A DNA stretch of 64,000 nt from an uncultured virus (IMG/VR IMGVR_UViG_3300032073_000001) (IMGVR_UViG_3300032073_000001); one strand, 5' to 3'. Shown: positions 41,329-50,124, numbered from the stretch's first letter. A program made the numbers and translations. The notes: a model not told the origin generated them from the letters alone.

Positions 41329-41567
41329 ACAGGTAATTTATTTCCTTTTTTTGCTTTAATTAAATTGTTATTAGTAGCTTCCGCTTCTATTTTTTGTTTC
41401 AATGATGGAGATAGCAACTTTTTAATGTTTGCATAATCCATCCCTCGTGTCTCTATAATATGAGACATGGCATCTAAATAAGACATATTATCTTTAGCGA
41501 CTAAAGATTCAACAGCGATATTGAATCTTTTCTTAGTCATTATTTTATGTTCTAAAGGATCAGTCAT
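41325..41567 (-). CDS. gp33: Late transcription coactivator gp33
   Basis: F...VE.LV....MSYLDA, KLLS.SLK.KIEAEA...NL, LPV end; upstream of gp59. Confidence 0.88.
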   Translation of the reverse strand: MTDPLEHKIMTKKRFNIAVESLVAKDNMSYLDAMSHIIETRGMDYANIKKLLSPSLKQKIEAEATNNNLIKAKKGNKLPV

Positions 41568-42036
41568 TATTTAAACTTTCTAACACATTTTCTGGTGTAG
41601 AAATTTTATATGGATCTTGATCATGATTATCTGTTTGTCCTTCTTCAGCAAACATTTCCGACGTGATTCCGTCTTTGATAATCGCTGCATATCTCCATGA
41701 TCTTTGACCAAAGCCCATATTAAATTTAGATACGTACATTCCCATCCATGATGCAAATTCTCCGTTTCCATCAGAAAGATATTTTACGTTTTTTATATCT
41801 TGGCTTTCAAACCAAGCTTTCATTACAAATCCATCGTTTACCGATGTGCAATATACTTCATCTATTCCTGCTTCGATGAATTGATCATACATTTCATCAT
41901 ATGTTGGAAGTTGTTTTGTACTACACGTAGGCGTAAATGCACCTGGCAAGCCAAATACAAGTACCGTTTTTCCACCGAAGACTTCCTCTCCAGTTAACAT
42001 TCCTTCCGGAACATTATTAAAGTTGATATGTTTCAT
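41560..42036 (-). CDS. Peroxiredoxin (Prx5/redoxin family)
   Basis: LPGAFTPTCS active site, SVNDGFVMKAW, DGNGEF, RSWRYA. Confidence 0.95.
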   Translation of the reverse strand: MKHINFNNVPEGMLTGEEVFGGKTVLVFGLPGAFTPTCSTKQLPTYDEMYDQFIEAGIDEVYCTSVNDGFVMKAWFESQDIKNVKYLSDGNGEFASWMGMYVSKFNMGFGQRSWRYAAIIKDGITSEMFAEEGQTDNHDQDPYKISTPENVLESLNND

Positions 42037-43199
42037 TTATCAGATACCCTTACCAAGATACAATCTTTATTAATTCTTCCATTGGGTACACCGATCTTGG
42101 TTGTAAAAGTGTCCCATAGGTTGTCGATTTGACGTTCGGTTTTACTCAATATTTGAGGTAAAATTTCTTGAGGTTTTCTAAGAGTTGTAATTTTAGAATG
42201 ATCCTCATTCCAATTGTATAGCGTTGATCCTCTCACTTCAAATCCTTTAGCTGCATCTGATATATACATTGTTAATTTTCGTGTTTTAACGTTATATACA
42301 AACAACCTATTATTTGTTGGAATCATTACTGGATTAATTGAAACTAGTTTTGCGTCTACATCTTCTTGTAAATAATTTAGATTTACGATTTGTTTATCTG
42401 ACGCTTTGACCTTTTTCTTACGAGGTAATCTTGATGCTTTTGCAGCCATTTGCACTCGTTCGAGATCTGAAAATACTCCTTCCATAAGTTTAAGCATTTT
42501 CTTTTGATTTGTTTTTGATATATGCTGATATGCTTCTACAGCTTGATCACATTTATTATTGACAGAGTCTGATACAACTTCGTATTCGCCTCTTACAAAA
42601 TCACCAAATATTGTTACTGCTTGACCTTTTAATTGATATCTATTAAATAATTCATATACATCAATTGATCTTTTAAAATCACCTTCTATCCAACCATCAA
42701 TAATCCAATCCCAATCTTCATAAATTGTATCATATACTTTATTCTTAATTCTTGTTTGAATTGAGATGGGTGGTGGTGCAGCTTTCTTTGCTGCTTTTGC
42801 TTCTTCTACAACTGTTTTAGCTAATTCAATCTTAGTAGCTATTTCTTCTTTTGCACGTATTATGTACTTTTCTGGTTGAGGCAATCCTCTAAAATGTAAT
42901 TTACATATCATTTTTACACCATCGTTCAATTGCCAATCAGATAACTTTTTAAGTGATGATACTTCTTTTTTAGAATATCCTAATACTTCTTCAGCATATT
43001 TTAATATATCAGATTGATAATCTTTTGGTGCATAGAAATAATTATACCAATTTGCTGCTCTTGCCCACGTAGATCCGTACATATCTTCAGATACTTCTTG
43101 ACCACGAAAATCTGGTTCTGGTCCCATATGAATATCTTCGATACTCCTACGGTTACCACGCATTTTAATTCTTTTCTTTTCTGTTGCTGTTTTAGCCAT
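42033..43199 (-). CDS. Conserved hypothetical T4-like phage protein
   Basis: 388 aa with early promoter and AGGA RBS; GPEP, NWYNYFY, TLRKP, NGRIN motifs. Confidence 0.8.
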   Translation of the reverse strand: MAKTATEKKRIKMRGNRRSIEDIHMGPEPDFRGQEVSEDMYGSTWARAANWYNYFYAPKDYQSDILKYAEEVLGYSKKEVSSLKKLSDWQLNDGVKMICKLHFRGLPQPEKYIIRAKEEIATKIELAKTVVEEAKAAKKAAPPPISIQTRIKNKVYDTIYEDWDWIIDGWIEGDFKRSIDVYELFNRYQLKGQAVTIFGDFVRGEYEVVSDSVNNKCDQAVEAYQHISKTNQKKMLKLMEGVFSDLERVQMAAKASRLPRKKKVKASDKQIVNLNYLQEDVDAKLVSINPVMIPTNNRLFVYNVKTRKLTMYISDAAKGFEVRGSTLYNWNEDHSKITTLRKPQEILPQILSKTERQIDNLWDTFTTKIGVPNGRINKDCILVRVSDK

Positions 43200-43227
43200 A
43201 ATTAATCCTTATCATTATATAGGGTAT

Positions 43228-43262
43228 ATTATACCACATTTTGATCGTTAAGTACATGCTTA
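43228..43262 (-). promoter_or_regulatory. Early promoter AAGCA-TGTACT-N17-TATAAT
   Basis: Member of a seven-copy motif. Confidence 0.8.
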
Positions 43263-43672
43263 TTATAATCAAATTTAACATAATCGATTTTTTTATTAAC
43301 AAAATCTCTTGATACAACATCAATTAATTCAAAATCGATAGTATTTCCTTCTTCAAATGTACCAAATTTTTTAGTCCAATTCCAAAATATATAACTATCA
43401 AATTGCTGTCTTTGTGTATATAATCCGATGTGTACTAATCCTGATTTTGGTAAGTATTTAAATTCACATTTACCATAATTAGGATGCGTTGTATCATATG
43501 AATAACCATAGAACCTTTCATGTAACGATTCTTCTGGAATAACTTTTCCTAAATACCATTCGGGCCATTCGAAATCTGCTCTAAATGTGGTATTTTCTCC
43601 ACTTAGATCTGAAGCTAGCTTATCTCTATGCTTTATAAAATCGGATGTTATTTTGGTATTTTTATACTTCAT
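43229..43672 (-). CDS. Hypothetical protein (possible PD-(D/E)xK-like D...ExK motif)
   Basis: 147 aa open frame; YDTTHPNYGKCEFK. Confidence 0.6.
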   Translation of the reverse strand: MKYKNTKITSDFIKHRDKLASDLSGENTTFRADFEWPEWYLGKVIPEESLHERFYGYSYDTTHPNYGKCEFKYLPKSGLVHIGLYTQRQQFDSYIFWNWTKKFGTFEEGNTIDFELIDVVSRDFVNKKIDYVKFDYNKHVLNDQNVV

Positions 43673-43681
43673 AATGAAAGA

Positions 43682-43745
43682 TGACCGATACGATGCGGCG
43701 ATAAGGAGTGTCTCTCGTTGCGAGAAAATTGCATCGTATCGGTCA
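43682..43745. repeat. Perfect 15-bp inverted repeat enclosing a 34-nt structured loop
   Basis: TGACCGATACGATGC (43682-43696) / GCATCGTATCGGTCA (43731-43745); inner TCTCG-TTG-CGAGA hairpin. Confidence 0.9.
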
Positions 43746-43748
43746 AAA

Positions 43749-44075
43749 CTATTTACCTATATGTTCCAAATCGGATTGAGGTATGACTTGATATGCACCT
43801 TTATTGTACGCTGGTGCAACTGTAAATTTCTTACTCTCTTCGAGTTTCCAAGAATCGTCATGACGCGTAATGTCAGTTTTTCTATCTGGGACGTAACTTG
43901 GGTACTTCTTATTGAAGTTTAATCGCGCCTGGTGTGAATCTAATTCGCGTTGCGTTGGTGTATATACGCTAAAAGAATCAGGGGTGCGCTTCTTTGTTTT
44001 ATAAGCATTTGTTTTTCGCTTTCTGCCACACGGTGAGTATCTCATACCACCACTATAAAAATTTGTCATACCCAT
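43749..44075 (-). CDS. Conserved hypothetical phage protein
   Basis: 108 aa; G.MRY..CGRKRK start, TVAPAYNKGAYQVI...IGK end. Confidence 0.75.
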   Translation of the reverse strand: MGMTNFYSGGMRYSPCGRKRKTNAYKTKKRTPDSFSVYTPTQRELDSHQARLNFNKKYPSYVPDRKTDITRHDDSWKLEESKKFTVAPAYNKGAYQVIPQSDLEHIGK

Positions 44076-44335
44076 TATGATCTCCTTCTAAATTCATCAA
44101 CCAAAGCTTCACCTTTTAGTCTTTTACCGAACCAAACAACTTCTCCAGTTGATCTTATTTCACGTTTAATAACGCCACTATTATAACCAATGTCCATGAC
44201 AGATCCATCGTTTCTACCTTCTGCATAATGCATTGAGGTTAATGAATGCGCATGCACAAATGAAACTTGTTTTGCCCAATCTTCTGCTGCAAATAACATT
44301 TTTTGATACTCTACTCTATCAGTGTATTGTGTCAT
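44075..44335 (-). CDS. Hypothetical protein
   Basis: Likely start MTQYTDRV at 44335 (AAGGA RBS) rather than the TTG at 44464 in the track. Confidence 0.65.
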   Translation of the reverse strand: MTQYTDRVEYQKMLFAAEDWAKQVSFVHAHSLTSMHYAEGRNDGSVMDIGYNSGVIKREIRSTGEVVWFGKRLKGEALVDEFRRRS

Positions 44336-44489
44336 ATCCTTTCTCGGTTGCTCGTGCTTTTTCTTGCGCGATAAGCTTATCAAGCATATTATTCCACAGA
44401 TCTTTAAAGTCTGGGTTTTGAGCTCGATCAGCTGCTCTTTGCAGTGATCTTGCTCGTCTAACAAACAATTCTTTATTCGTGAATGACAT
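44319..44489 (-). CDS. Small hypothetical protein
   Basis: 56 aa MSFTNKELFVRRARSLQRAADRAQNPDFKDLWNNML...; TAATG-coupled to upstream gene; not in track. Confidence 0.65.
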   Translation of the reverse strand: MSFTNKELFVRRARSLQRAADRAQNPDFKDLWNNMLDKLIAQEKARATEKGYDTIH

Positions 44490-44770
44490 TACCATTCTCC
44501 GTCACTGAATTTTGTAGCTCTATACGTATCCATGTAAGAAGAACCATCTAAAAACTCTTGATTCTGCTTATCAGTATAATACATATTTTCGCTTGAAAAA
44601 CAATCTAAGCTTGAAGGTGCTTGTCTACCTGCTGCTTTTACAGTCTTTGTCAACTTTTGAGTTGCTTTAATAGCAGCTTTCCGCTCATCTAGTTTTGCAA
44701 TGCTTTCTTGGAATTGCTTTTCTTCGCGCTGCTTTTCTGCTATTTTTTTGATTAATGCTAATCTATCCAT
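44489..44770 (-). CDS. Early hypothetical protein
   Basis: TAAGGAGTG RBS before ATG at 44770; first gene after an early promoter. Confidence 0.75.
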   Translation of the reverse strand: MDRLALIKKIAEKQREEKQFQESIAKLDERKAAIKATQKLTKTVKAAGRQAPSSLDCFSSENMYYTDKQNQEFLDGSSYMDTYRATKFSDGEW

Positions 44771-44808
44771 AATCACTCCTTACATGATTTGTTTAATTTA
44801 TAGGGGAT

Positions 44809-44860
44809 ATTATACCCTATTTTAAAGCATTTGTACATGCTTTTTTTCACTTTTTTTCGA
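44809..44860 (-). promoter_or_regulatory. Early promoter AAGCA-TGTACA-N17-TATAAT with A-tract UP element
   Basis: -10 at 44809-44814, -35 at 44832-44837, upstream AAAAAAAAGTGAAAAAAAGC. Confidence 0.85.
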
Positions 44861-44875
44861 ACTGTAACATTTTAG

Positions 44876-45133
44876 TCACAGTTCAGAAATCTCTTTTAAG
44901 ATCTCTTGTAATTTAGTATCTGTTAAATGACCTATAACGTCTTGAGTTATCGGTGTGTGATAACAAATATCTCCTTTTTCGTCGAGAACTGCAAGTTCCC
45001 ATAAACCTTTTTTATTACCATAACTACCACTGTGCATAACAACAGAAGCACCATAACCATTTTCGAATTTATAAAGTCTTTGAATTCCATTTGGGAATTC
45101 TCCGAATATCGTGGTTTTGGTTGGTTCAAACAT
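44876..45133 (-). CDS. Conserved phage protein (F.NGYGASV family)
   Basis: YKFENGYGASVV.H.GSYG.K.GLWELAVL...TPIT.DVIG.L; likely ATG at 45133 coupled to upstream stop. Confidence 0.75.
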   Translation of the reverse strand: MFEPTKTTIFGEFPNGIQRLYKFENGYGASVVMHSGSYGNKKGLWELAVLDEKGDICYHTPITQDVIGHLTDTKLQEILKEISEL

Positions 45134-45387
45134 TATTTCCTGTAGACATATACGTCTAATCTTTCTGCATGACGAATAGGTAACCACATATCATAAGCAT
45201 GTCGTGGTAAACCATCAGCAATTGCGTGTACTCTTCGAGGTCCTCTCGCTTTTACTTCTACCCTTAGTCTTGCTTTAGGCATTTCGCTATTAGCAATACT
45301 AATACTTTTCCTAATGCTTTTGAGTTCTTCCATTCCGAACATGCAATGAGGATCTAAAGTTGTTATAAAATTTTCTGAACTACGCAT
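45133..45387 (-). CDS. Hypothetical protein
   Basis: Likely start MRSSENF after GGAG RBS; R..VKARGPR...A.RLDVYVY. Confidence 0.65.
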   Translation of the reverse strand: MRSSENFITTLDPHCMFGMEELKSIRKSISIANSEMPKARLRVEVKARGPRRVHAIADGLPRHAYDMWLPIRHAERLDVYVYRK

Positions 45388-45709
45388 TTTTCTTCTCCAA
45401 TAAAGCGTCAACTGCAAGGACATCGTTAAACGTATGTCCACCAATATTCCATTGAATTACTTCGTAATCATTACCAAAGTTTCGTGCGTAATGCCAATCG
45501 TATAAAGCAAATGTTCCAGTATCTTCGTTTGAATTATCTGTCCATTTTACTACAAATTCAGTAGTGATTTTATCACCTTTTCCTTCGAAAGCTGGTTCTC
45601 CTAAAAGATCTCTTAGATCTGCAAATGATGCCCAAATTTCACCCCTTTTAGAACCTCCTACAGAGTATTCGGTTCTATCTAAATTTTCGAATGAAAATTT
45701 ATTTGACAT
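45380..45709 (-). CDS. Hypothetical protein
   Basis: 109 aa; GEP...DK.T.E, LYDW, WNIGG pattern. Confidence 0.7.
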   Translation of the reverse strand: MSNKFSFENLDRTEYSVGGSKRGEIWASFADLRDLLGEPAFEGKGDKITTEFVVKWTDNSNEDTGTFALYDWHYARNFGNDYEVIQWNIGGHTFNDVLAVDALLEKKNA

Positions 45710-45887
45710 GATCTACACCATCAATAAAATAATCTAACTCGAAATCAATTCCGAGTTTAGATTCTATAGAGCTACAAAGTAGCTCATATCCACTTTTAAA
45801 AACTTTGAAGTTTAAGTAGTCGAAAAGTGATATTTCGACTTGTGCGGGATAGCCAGTTGCTATGTGTGTAAGTCTAGCTACGTACAT
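45699..45887 (-). CDS. Hypothetical protein
   Basis: Likely start MYVARL at 45887 (GGAGG RBS, TAATG coupling). Confidence 0.6.
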   Translation of the reverse strand: MYVARLTHIATGYPAQVEISLFDYLNFKVFKSGYELLCSSIESKLGIDFELDYFIDGVDHVK

Positions 45888-46171
45888 TATACAACCTCCA
45901 ACATTGATAGTGGACAGTTCCAAATTCTTCCGTCAATTTTGACTTCAGCTTTAGTTCTGTTAATTTTAACAACTACACCGTTTTCGGTGATTTTTCTGCT
46001 GTTAACTTTCACTTTATCACCAACAGACAAAGTAGCTTTTACAAGCATATTTGCTGTAGCTCTAATGTTTTTTTGTTGATCTTTAACAAGATTAATAACA
46101 GTACTTAAAGTTTCGTTATTATCGATTTTAGCTATCAAAGTTGCTAATTTTACTATTTCACTTTTTTTCAT
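45887..46171 (-). CDS. Early hypothetical protein with SH3/KOW-like C-terminus
   Basis: TAAGGAGTG RBS; LSVGDKVKV...GVVVKINRTKA.V. Confidence 0.7.
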   Translation of the reverse strand: MKKSEIVKLATLIAKIDNNETLSTVINLVKDQQKNIRATANMLVKATLSVGDKVKVNSRKITENGVVVKINRTKAEVKIDGRIWNCPLSMLEVV

Positions 46172-46210
46172 ATGCACTCCTTACAGTGTTTTATTATTTA
46201 ATATAGGGAT

Positions 46211-46269
46211 ATTATACCATATCCTTTCGCAAATGTACATGCTTTTTTTCACTTTTTTTCACTTTTTTT
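46211..46269 (-). promoter_or_regulatory. Early promoter AAGCA-TGTACA-N17-TATAAT with repeated A-tract/GTG UP element
   Basis: -10 at 46211-46216, -35 at 46234-46239. Confidence 0.85.
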
Positions 46270-46353
46270 AAACATTTTATTTGCTTGTCGCTGCAGAGAT
46301 TTTTCAAGTTGTGTATCAAACCATTCTCTGAACCATTGTCTAAACTTTCCCAC

Positions 46354-46806
46354 TTAAAAATCTCCTTCAGCTACTTGAACACACACAAGTCCGTTTCGTC
46401 TCCACATGTCGACAACTTTATTTCTGTCGTCAAACACAAGATCTGGTTTCCAATCTTGAGCGATAAGAGCATCAAGAACATCTTGCTTGAATACTTCATC
46501 AGGTCTAAAATCATCGTCACCTCTAAGAAAACAATGCATAAAATCTACACCACAATCTCTGATTTGAGATTCAGTGATATCTCTATGTCTTTCGTTTCTT
46601 GCAGAACAAATTACAATCTCATGACCTACATCGGACATTTCTCTTGCGATTTGCATAATTGGAAAGTTTGGAGTATCATGCTCCATTGCATTGTTAAATG
46701 CTTCCCAATCGTTATTACCATTTTGAAGATGTACTCTCCTATGTTCTATATCCATAAGAGTTCCATCAACATCAAATATTACTTTCATTATTAGTCTTCT
46801 CCCCAC
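46354..46806 (-). CDS. HAD-family polynucleotide 3'-phosphatase (PNK/PseT C-terminal domain type)
   Basis: IFDVDGTL, SAR, R...D.RPD...K, FDDR..VV.MWR..GL.C.QVA.GDF; start may be the internal MKVIF. Confidence 0.88.
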   Translation of the reverse strand: MGRRLIMKVIFDVDGTLMDIEHRRVHLQNGNNDWEAFNNAMEHDTPNFPIMQIAREMSDVGHEIVICSARNERHRDITESQIRDCGVDFMHCFLRGDDDFRPDEVFKQDVLDALIAQDWKPDLVFDDRNKVVDMWRRNGLVCVQVAEGDF

Positions 46807-46855
46807 ACTATCATAAGTGTGAAATAAAATGTTAAAATTATTGTTTTAACTATCA

Positions 46856-47377
46856 TTATGCCACCTTCAATGCAGCAGTTAATTCTTCCTTCATATACGT
46901 ATAAGGAAGACCGAAGGTATATTGGACAAATCCAACATCATACTCATCTTTGAGACCTTCAGCATCAAGCATCCAACGAAGAGCGTCTTCGCGAGATGCA
47001 CCCATATTTTCAAGATCAGAGATCTGATTCTCGAATTTAGCAATGCTAGCTCTTTCTTGAGCTTCCATTCTTTCCATTTCTTCAGCAATTGCAGAGCTGA
47101 TTGAATCAGCTTCAGCTTTAAGCTGCTCAAGAGACATTGCGTCAAAGTCGTAATGACGACCTTTCGTGCCATAAGCATCCTTATGACCTTCGTAAATGTG
47201 AGTGATTAACTCATCTCTTTCGAGCTGAGCAAGTGTAAAGATACCACGATCTTCCCAATGCCTTACGTCAGTAGGATAAAGTCCTGCCCAACGATTCTTA
47301 GGATCTTCAGCAACCCAAGCCTTAGTTTTAAGGTTAGCTGCCTCGATGTGGTTTAATAATTCTTTTGATACTTTCAT
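46856..47377 (-). CDS. Early hypothetical protein
   Basis: TAAGGAGTG RBS, strong codon bias, HKDAYG.K.R motif. Confidence 0.78.
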   Translation of the reverse strand: MKVSKELLNHIEAANLKTKAWVAEDPKNRWAGLYPTDVRHWEDRGIFTLAQLERDELITHIYEGHKDAYGTKGRHYDFDAMSLEQLKAEADSISSAIAEEMERMEAQERASIAKFENQISDLENMGASREDALRWMLDAEGLKDEYDVGFVQYTFGLPYTYMKEELTAALKVA

Positions 47378-47414
47378 AAACACTCCTTACTTTGTTTAAT
47401 TATTTAATAGGGCT

Positions 47415-47450
47415 ATTATACCATATAAAACCGGAAATGTACATGCTTTT
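47415..47450 (-). promoter_or_regulatory. Early promoter AAGCA-TGTACA-N17-TATAAT
   Basis: -10 at 47415-47420, -35 at 47438-47443. Confidence 0.85.
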
Positions 47451-47486
47451 TGTGATTTATTTTCACTTTTTTTCATATTGTGACAT

Positions 47487-47849
47487 TTATGTCACTAATT
47501 TCCACGGAAAACACTTTGCATATAGCTCGAATTCGAGTTTCTTAGCTTCGCGCTCGCTTGGATATTCTTTTCTTATGAATTGCTTTACATGTACCATTTC
47601 GTGAGCTATGGTTTGCATTTGTTCGAAGAACGTTAAAGGTTCTCCTTCGCAAGTTCTTGAGATCTCTACCTCAATTTCTTCAGCATCGTCCCAACACAAA
47701 CCTAAAGCATCAGTATCACATTTTGTTACAAATCTGATACTAAATTCTGCTTTTTTGAGATGCGCTATTTTAAGCTCACGACATAGATTTTGTACATATT
47801 CCTCAACCGCAGCTGAGTTCTTATGTCTACCTTTTATACTAAAGATCAA
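47487..47849 (-). CDS. HExxH zinc metallopeptidase-like protein
   Basis: TIAHEMVHVKQ...E.EA motif. Confidence 0.75.
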   Translation of the reverse strand: MIFSIKGRHKNSAAVEEYVQNLCRELKIAHLKKAEFSIRFVTKCDTDALGLCWDDAEEIEVEISRTCEGEPLTFFEQMQTIAHEMVHVKQFIRKEYPSEREAKKLEFELYAKCFPWKLVT

Positions 47850-48088
47850 TGTAATGGTCTCGTTTTACCTTCAACAGTAATTGTCTCTAAATCATAATTA
47901 TCCATTATAATTAGACCTAGCCTTTCTTTAAGCATATCGAGTAATAATGCCCATGAATCAAGCACAGTCTTAGAATTATCCAATGCGAGTTGCATTTCTT
48001 TGTAATTAAGAGCAATTTCTAGAACTTCTTTTGTAGCTCTATCGGTAATTGTTATTCCGTTAACTAAACGTTTATGCTTAAAAATCAT
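47846..48088 (-). CDS. Hypothetical protein
   Basis: 80 aa, GGAGG RBS, coupled to neighbours. Confidence 0.7.
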   Translation of the reverse strand: MIFKHKRLVNGITITDRATKEVLEIALNYKEMQLALDNSKTVLDSWALLLDMLKERLGLIIMDNYDLETITVEGKTRPLH

Positions 48089-48174
48089 TTTTCCACCTCC
48101 GCGTCATACTCTTCCTGTGTTAGGAAGGTAACGACTTCGCCGTCTAGCTCCATGGTCCAGTTATCATCATTCAT
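48085..48174 (-). CDS. Acidic microprotein (29 aa)
   Basis: MNDDNWTMELDGEVVTFLTQEEYDAEVEK; first ATG after early promoter, TAAGG RBS, ATGA overlap with next gene. Confidence 0.55.
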   Translation of the reverse strand: MNDDNWTMELDGEVVTFLTQEEYDAEVEK

Positions 48175-48208
48175 AATATTATGCCTTATTCAATTATTTA
48201 ATAGGGCT

Positions 48209-48243
48209 ATTATACCACACTGGCCAGGAATGTACATGCTTTT
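48209..48243 (-). promoter_or_regulatory. Early promoter AAGCA-TGTACA-N16-TATAAT
   Basis: -10 at 48209-48214, -35 at 48231-48236. Confidence 0.8.
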
Positions 48244-48264
48244 CTTAGATTATTTTGTTATATA

Positions 48265-50124
48265 CTACTTACGGTATATTCCAGGGGAGAATATAGAGAT
48301 GGTTTCTTCTTTACCCTTTACTTTGATATCACCAATCTTCTCACAGAAATATCCTTCTGGGAGTTGTTTCATTGTAAAGCTTGAGATGATAGTTTTGTAA
48401 TCTATATATTCATGACGGGCAGCAGTTGCCTCGAGTCGAGCAGCAAGGTTGACTGCATCTCCAATAACCGAATAGTCAAATCTGGATTCACTACCCATGT
48501 TACCAACAATACAATCCCCGGTGTTAATGCCAGTCCCAACATTGATATCAGGAAGACCACGTTCTTTATAGATTTCTTTGAGTTCATTTACTTTTATTTC
48601 AATTTCCATTGCTGATTTAACTGCCATTTCAGCGTGATTTTTACAAGGTAATGGTGCATTCCAAAATGCCATTATGCAGTCACCCATATATTTGTCAATT
48701 GTTCCTCCATTTTTGAGAATGATTTTTGTCATTGCATCGAGGAATTCATTGACTAATTCTACTAATCCTTCGGGATCATCTTTATTCTTATAATATTCCG
48801 ATATTGGGGTAAATCCACATATATCCATGAATAAAAATGTCATTTCCTTTCTATCACCCCCAAGCTTCATTAAACTTGGATCTTTAATCAACATATTCAC
48901 CATATCAGGTGAAAGATATGTACCAAACTGACCTTTAATTTGTTGTCTTAATTTAAATTGGATCCAAAAGTTATTAAAACTTGCATGCGCGAAGACTATT
49001 ATATATAATACTATAGCGAATGTCCAATCAAGGAGATATAGTGAATTCGTCCAAAAATAGCTGGAGAAATAGAAGCTTACAGCACCAACAACGCCAAAGG
49101 CGCCTAATCCGATTATCGCAGGAAAGAAATAAACACATGAAAGAATCAACAGAGACCCAATTAGAATTAGACCTATTTCCGCCAAATCAGCCCAATAAGG
49201 ACGGATTATTGAATCCTCTGAAAGGATCGAAGATAGAGCCGATGCTTGAATCTCATGGGGAAACTTTAACCCTAACGGAGTCAGAATCTCAGGCACAATC
49301 CCAAGAGCCGAAACACCAATCAGAACTGTTTTCCCACGAAGATCTGGAAGAGTGTCAACTCCCGCTTCATAACGATCGTGCGTTATTGAATAGTTAATAT
49401 AAGCTGTTCCATCCGAATTTGTTTTTGAATGTAATTTTGGTGGTATAAAAAGATCTACTATTCCAAGATCTGGATCAGTATTAATTGTATAACCCTTTGT
49501 CTGATTCTCAGCTCTAATAATTTCTACCGATAATGATGGATATCTTTGACCATTAACTTGTACAACTAAAGGAAACTTACGTACTATTCCATCAACTTCT
49601 GGAGCTACATTAGATATTCCTGCTCCCCAAGCATGTCTTTCAACTATTTCTACATTTGTTAGAATTTTTTCGTATTCTTGAAGAAATTGCATAGGATCGC
49701 CTTCGCCTTTCATGGCAGTTCCAACATATGGAGCTACGTCTGATCTTCCACGAGGATCGGCTTTTTGTGATAGAACCACTCCAGAGTCTTTAATCCACGA
49801 TTCAAATGCTGGATCTCCTCCAAACCTGTCGGCCTCTGGGAACATAATCGTAAAAGCCTTAATTTCGGCATTTGCATTTATTAAGTCAGATATCATTTGG
49901 GCATAGTATTGACGAGGTAATGGAAATTGACCCCATTTTTCTAATGTACCTTCTCCAATTTCATAAAGAATTACATCTTCGTCTTTTTGTTTGGGTAGTG
50001 ATTGAATTTTTGCGTCAAATCCCATAAGCTGGATTTGTTCAATTTGAGGAACATTGGATATTTTAAGAAACAATCCAAATGCAATAACAGCTATAACTGT
50101 CCAAATGCTTGTTAAATATTTCAT
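48265..50124 (-). CDS. CHASE2-domain class III adenylate/guanylate cyclase
   Basis: N-terminal TM, G.FP.PR and DGIVR CHASE2 motifs, three TM helices, FMDICGFT, DKYMGDCIMAFW, GINTG, DYSVIGDAVNLAARLE (K/D specificity residues indicate ATP). Confidence 0.95.
   Translation of the reverse strand: MKYLTSIWTVIAVIAFGLFLKISNVPQIEQIQLMGFDAKIQSLPKQKDEDVILYEIGEGTLEKWGQFPLPRQYYAQMISDLINANAEIKAFTIMFPEADRFGGDPAFESWIKDSGVVLSQKADPRGRSDVAPYVGTAMKGEGDPMQFLQEYEKILTNVEIVERHAWGAGISNVAPEVDGIVRKFPLVVQVNGQRYPSLSVEIIRAENQTKGYTINTDPDLGIVDLFIPPKLHSKTNSDGTAYINYSITHDRYEAGVDTLPDLRGKTVLIGVSALGIVPEILTPLGLKFPHEIQASALSSILSEDSIIRPYWADLAEIGLILIGSLLILSCVYFFPAIIGLGAFGVVGAVSFYFSSYFWTNSLYLLDWTFAIVLYIIVFAHASFNNFWIQFKLRQQIKGQFGTYLSPDMVNMLIKDPSLMKLGGDRKEMTFLFMDICGFTPISEYYKNKDDPEGLVELVNEFLDAMTKIILKNGGTIDKYMGDCIMAFWNAPLPCKNHAEMAVKSAMEIEIKVNELKEIYKERGLPDINVGTGINTGDCIVGNMGSESRFDYSVIGDAVNLAARLEATAARHEYIDYKTIISSFTMKQLPEGYFCEKIGDIKVKGKEETISIFSPGIYRK

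Noticed and set aside
44336..44464. 5' extension of ORF 44075..44464 from a TTG start
   Set aside because: Overlaps a better coupled 56-aa ORF (44319..44489); ATG at 44335 has an RBS
46285..46794. 169-aa plus-strand ORF
   Set aside because: Antisense to a clear HAD phosphatase; no recognisable motifs
43200..48245. Recurring motif considered as a CRISPR array
   Set aside because: Copies are 0.8-1.6 kb apart with genes between them and match -35/-10 promoter geometry
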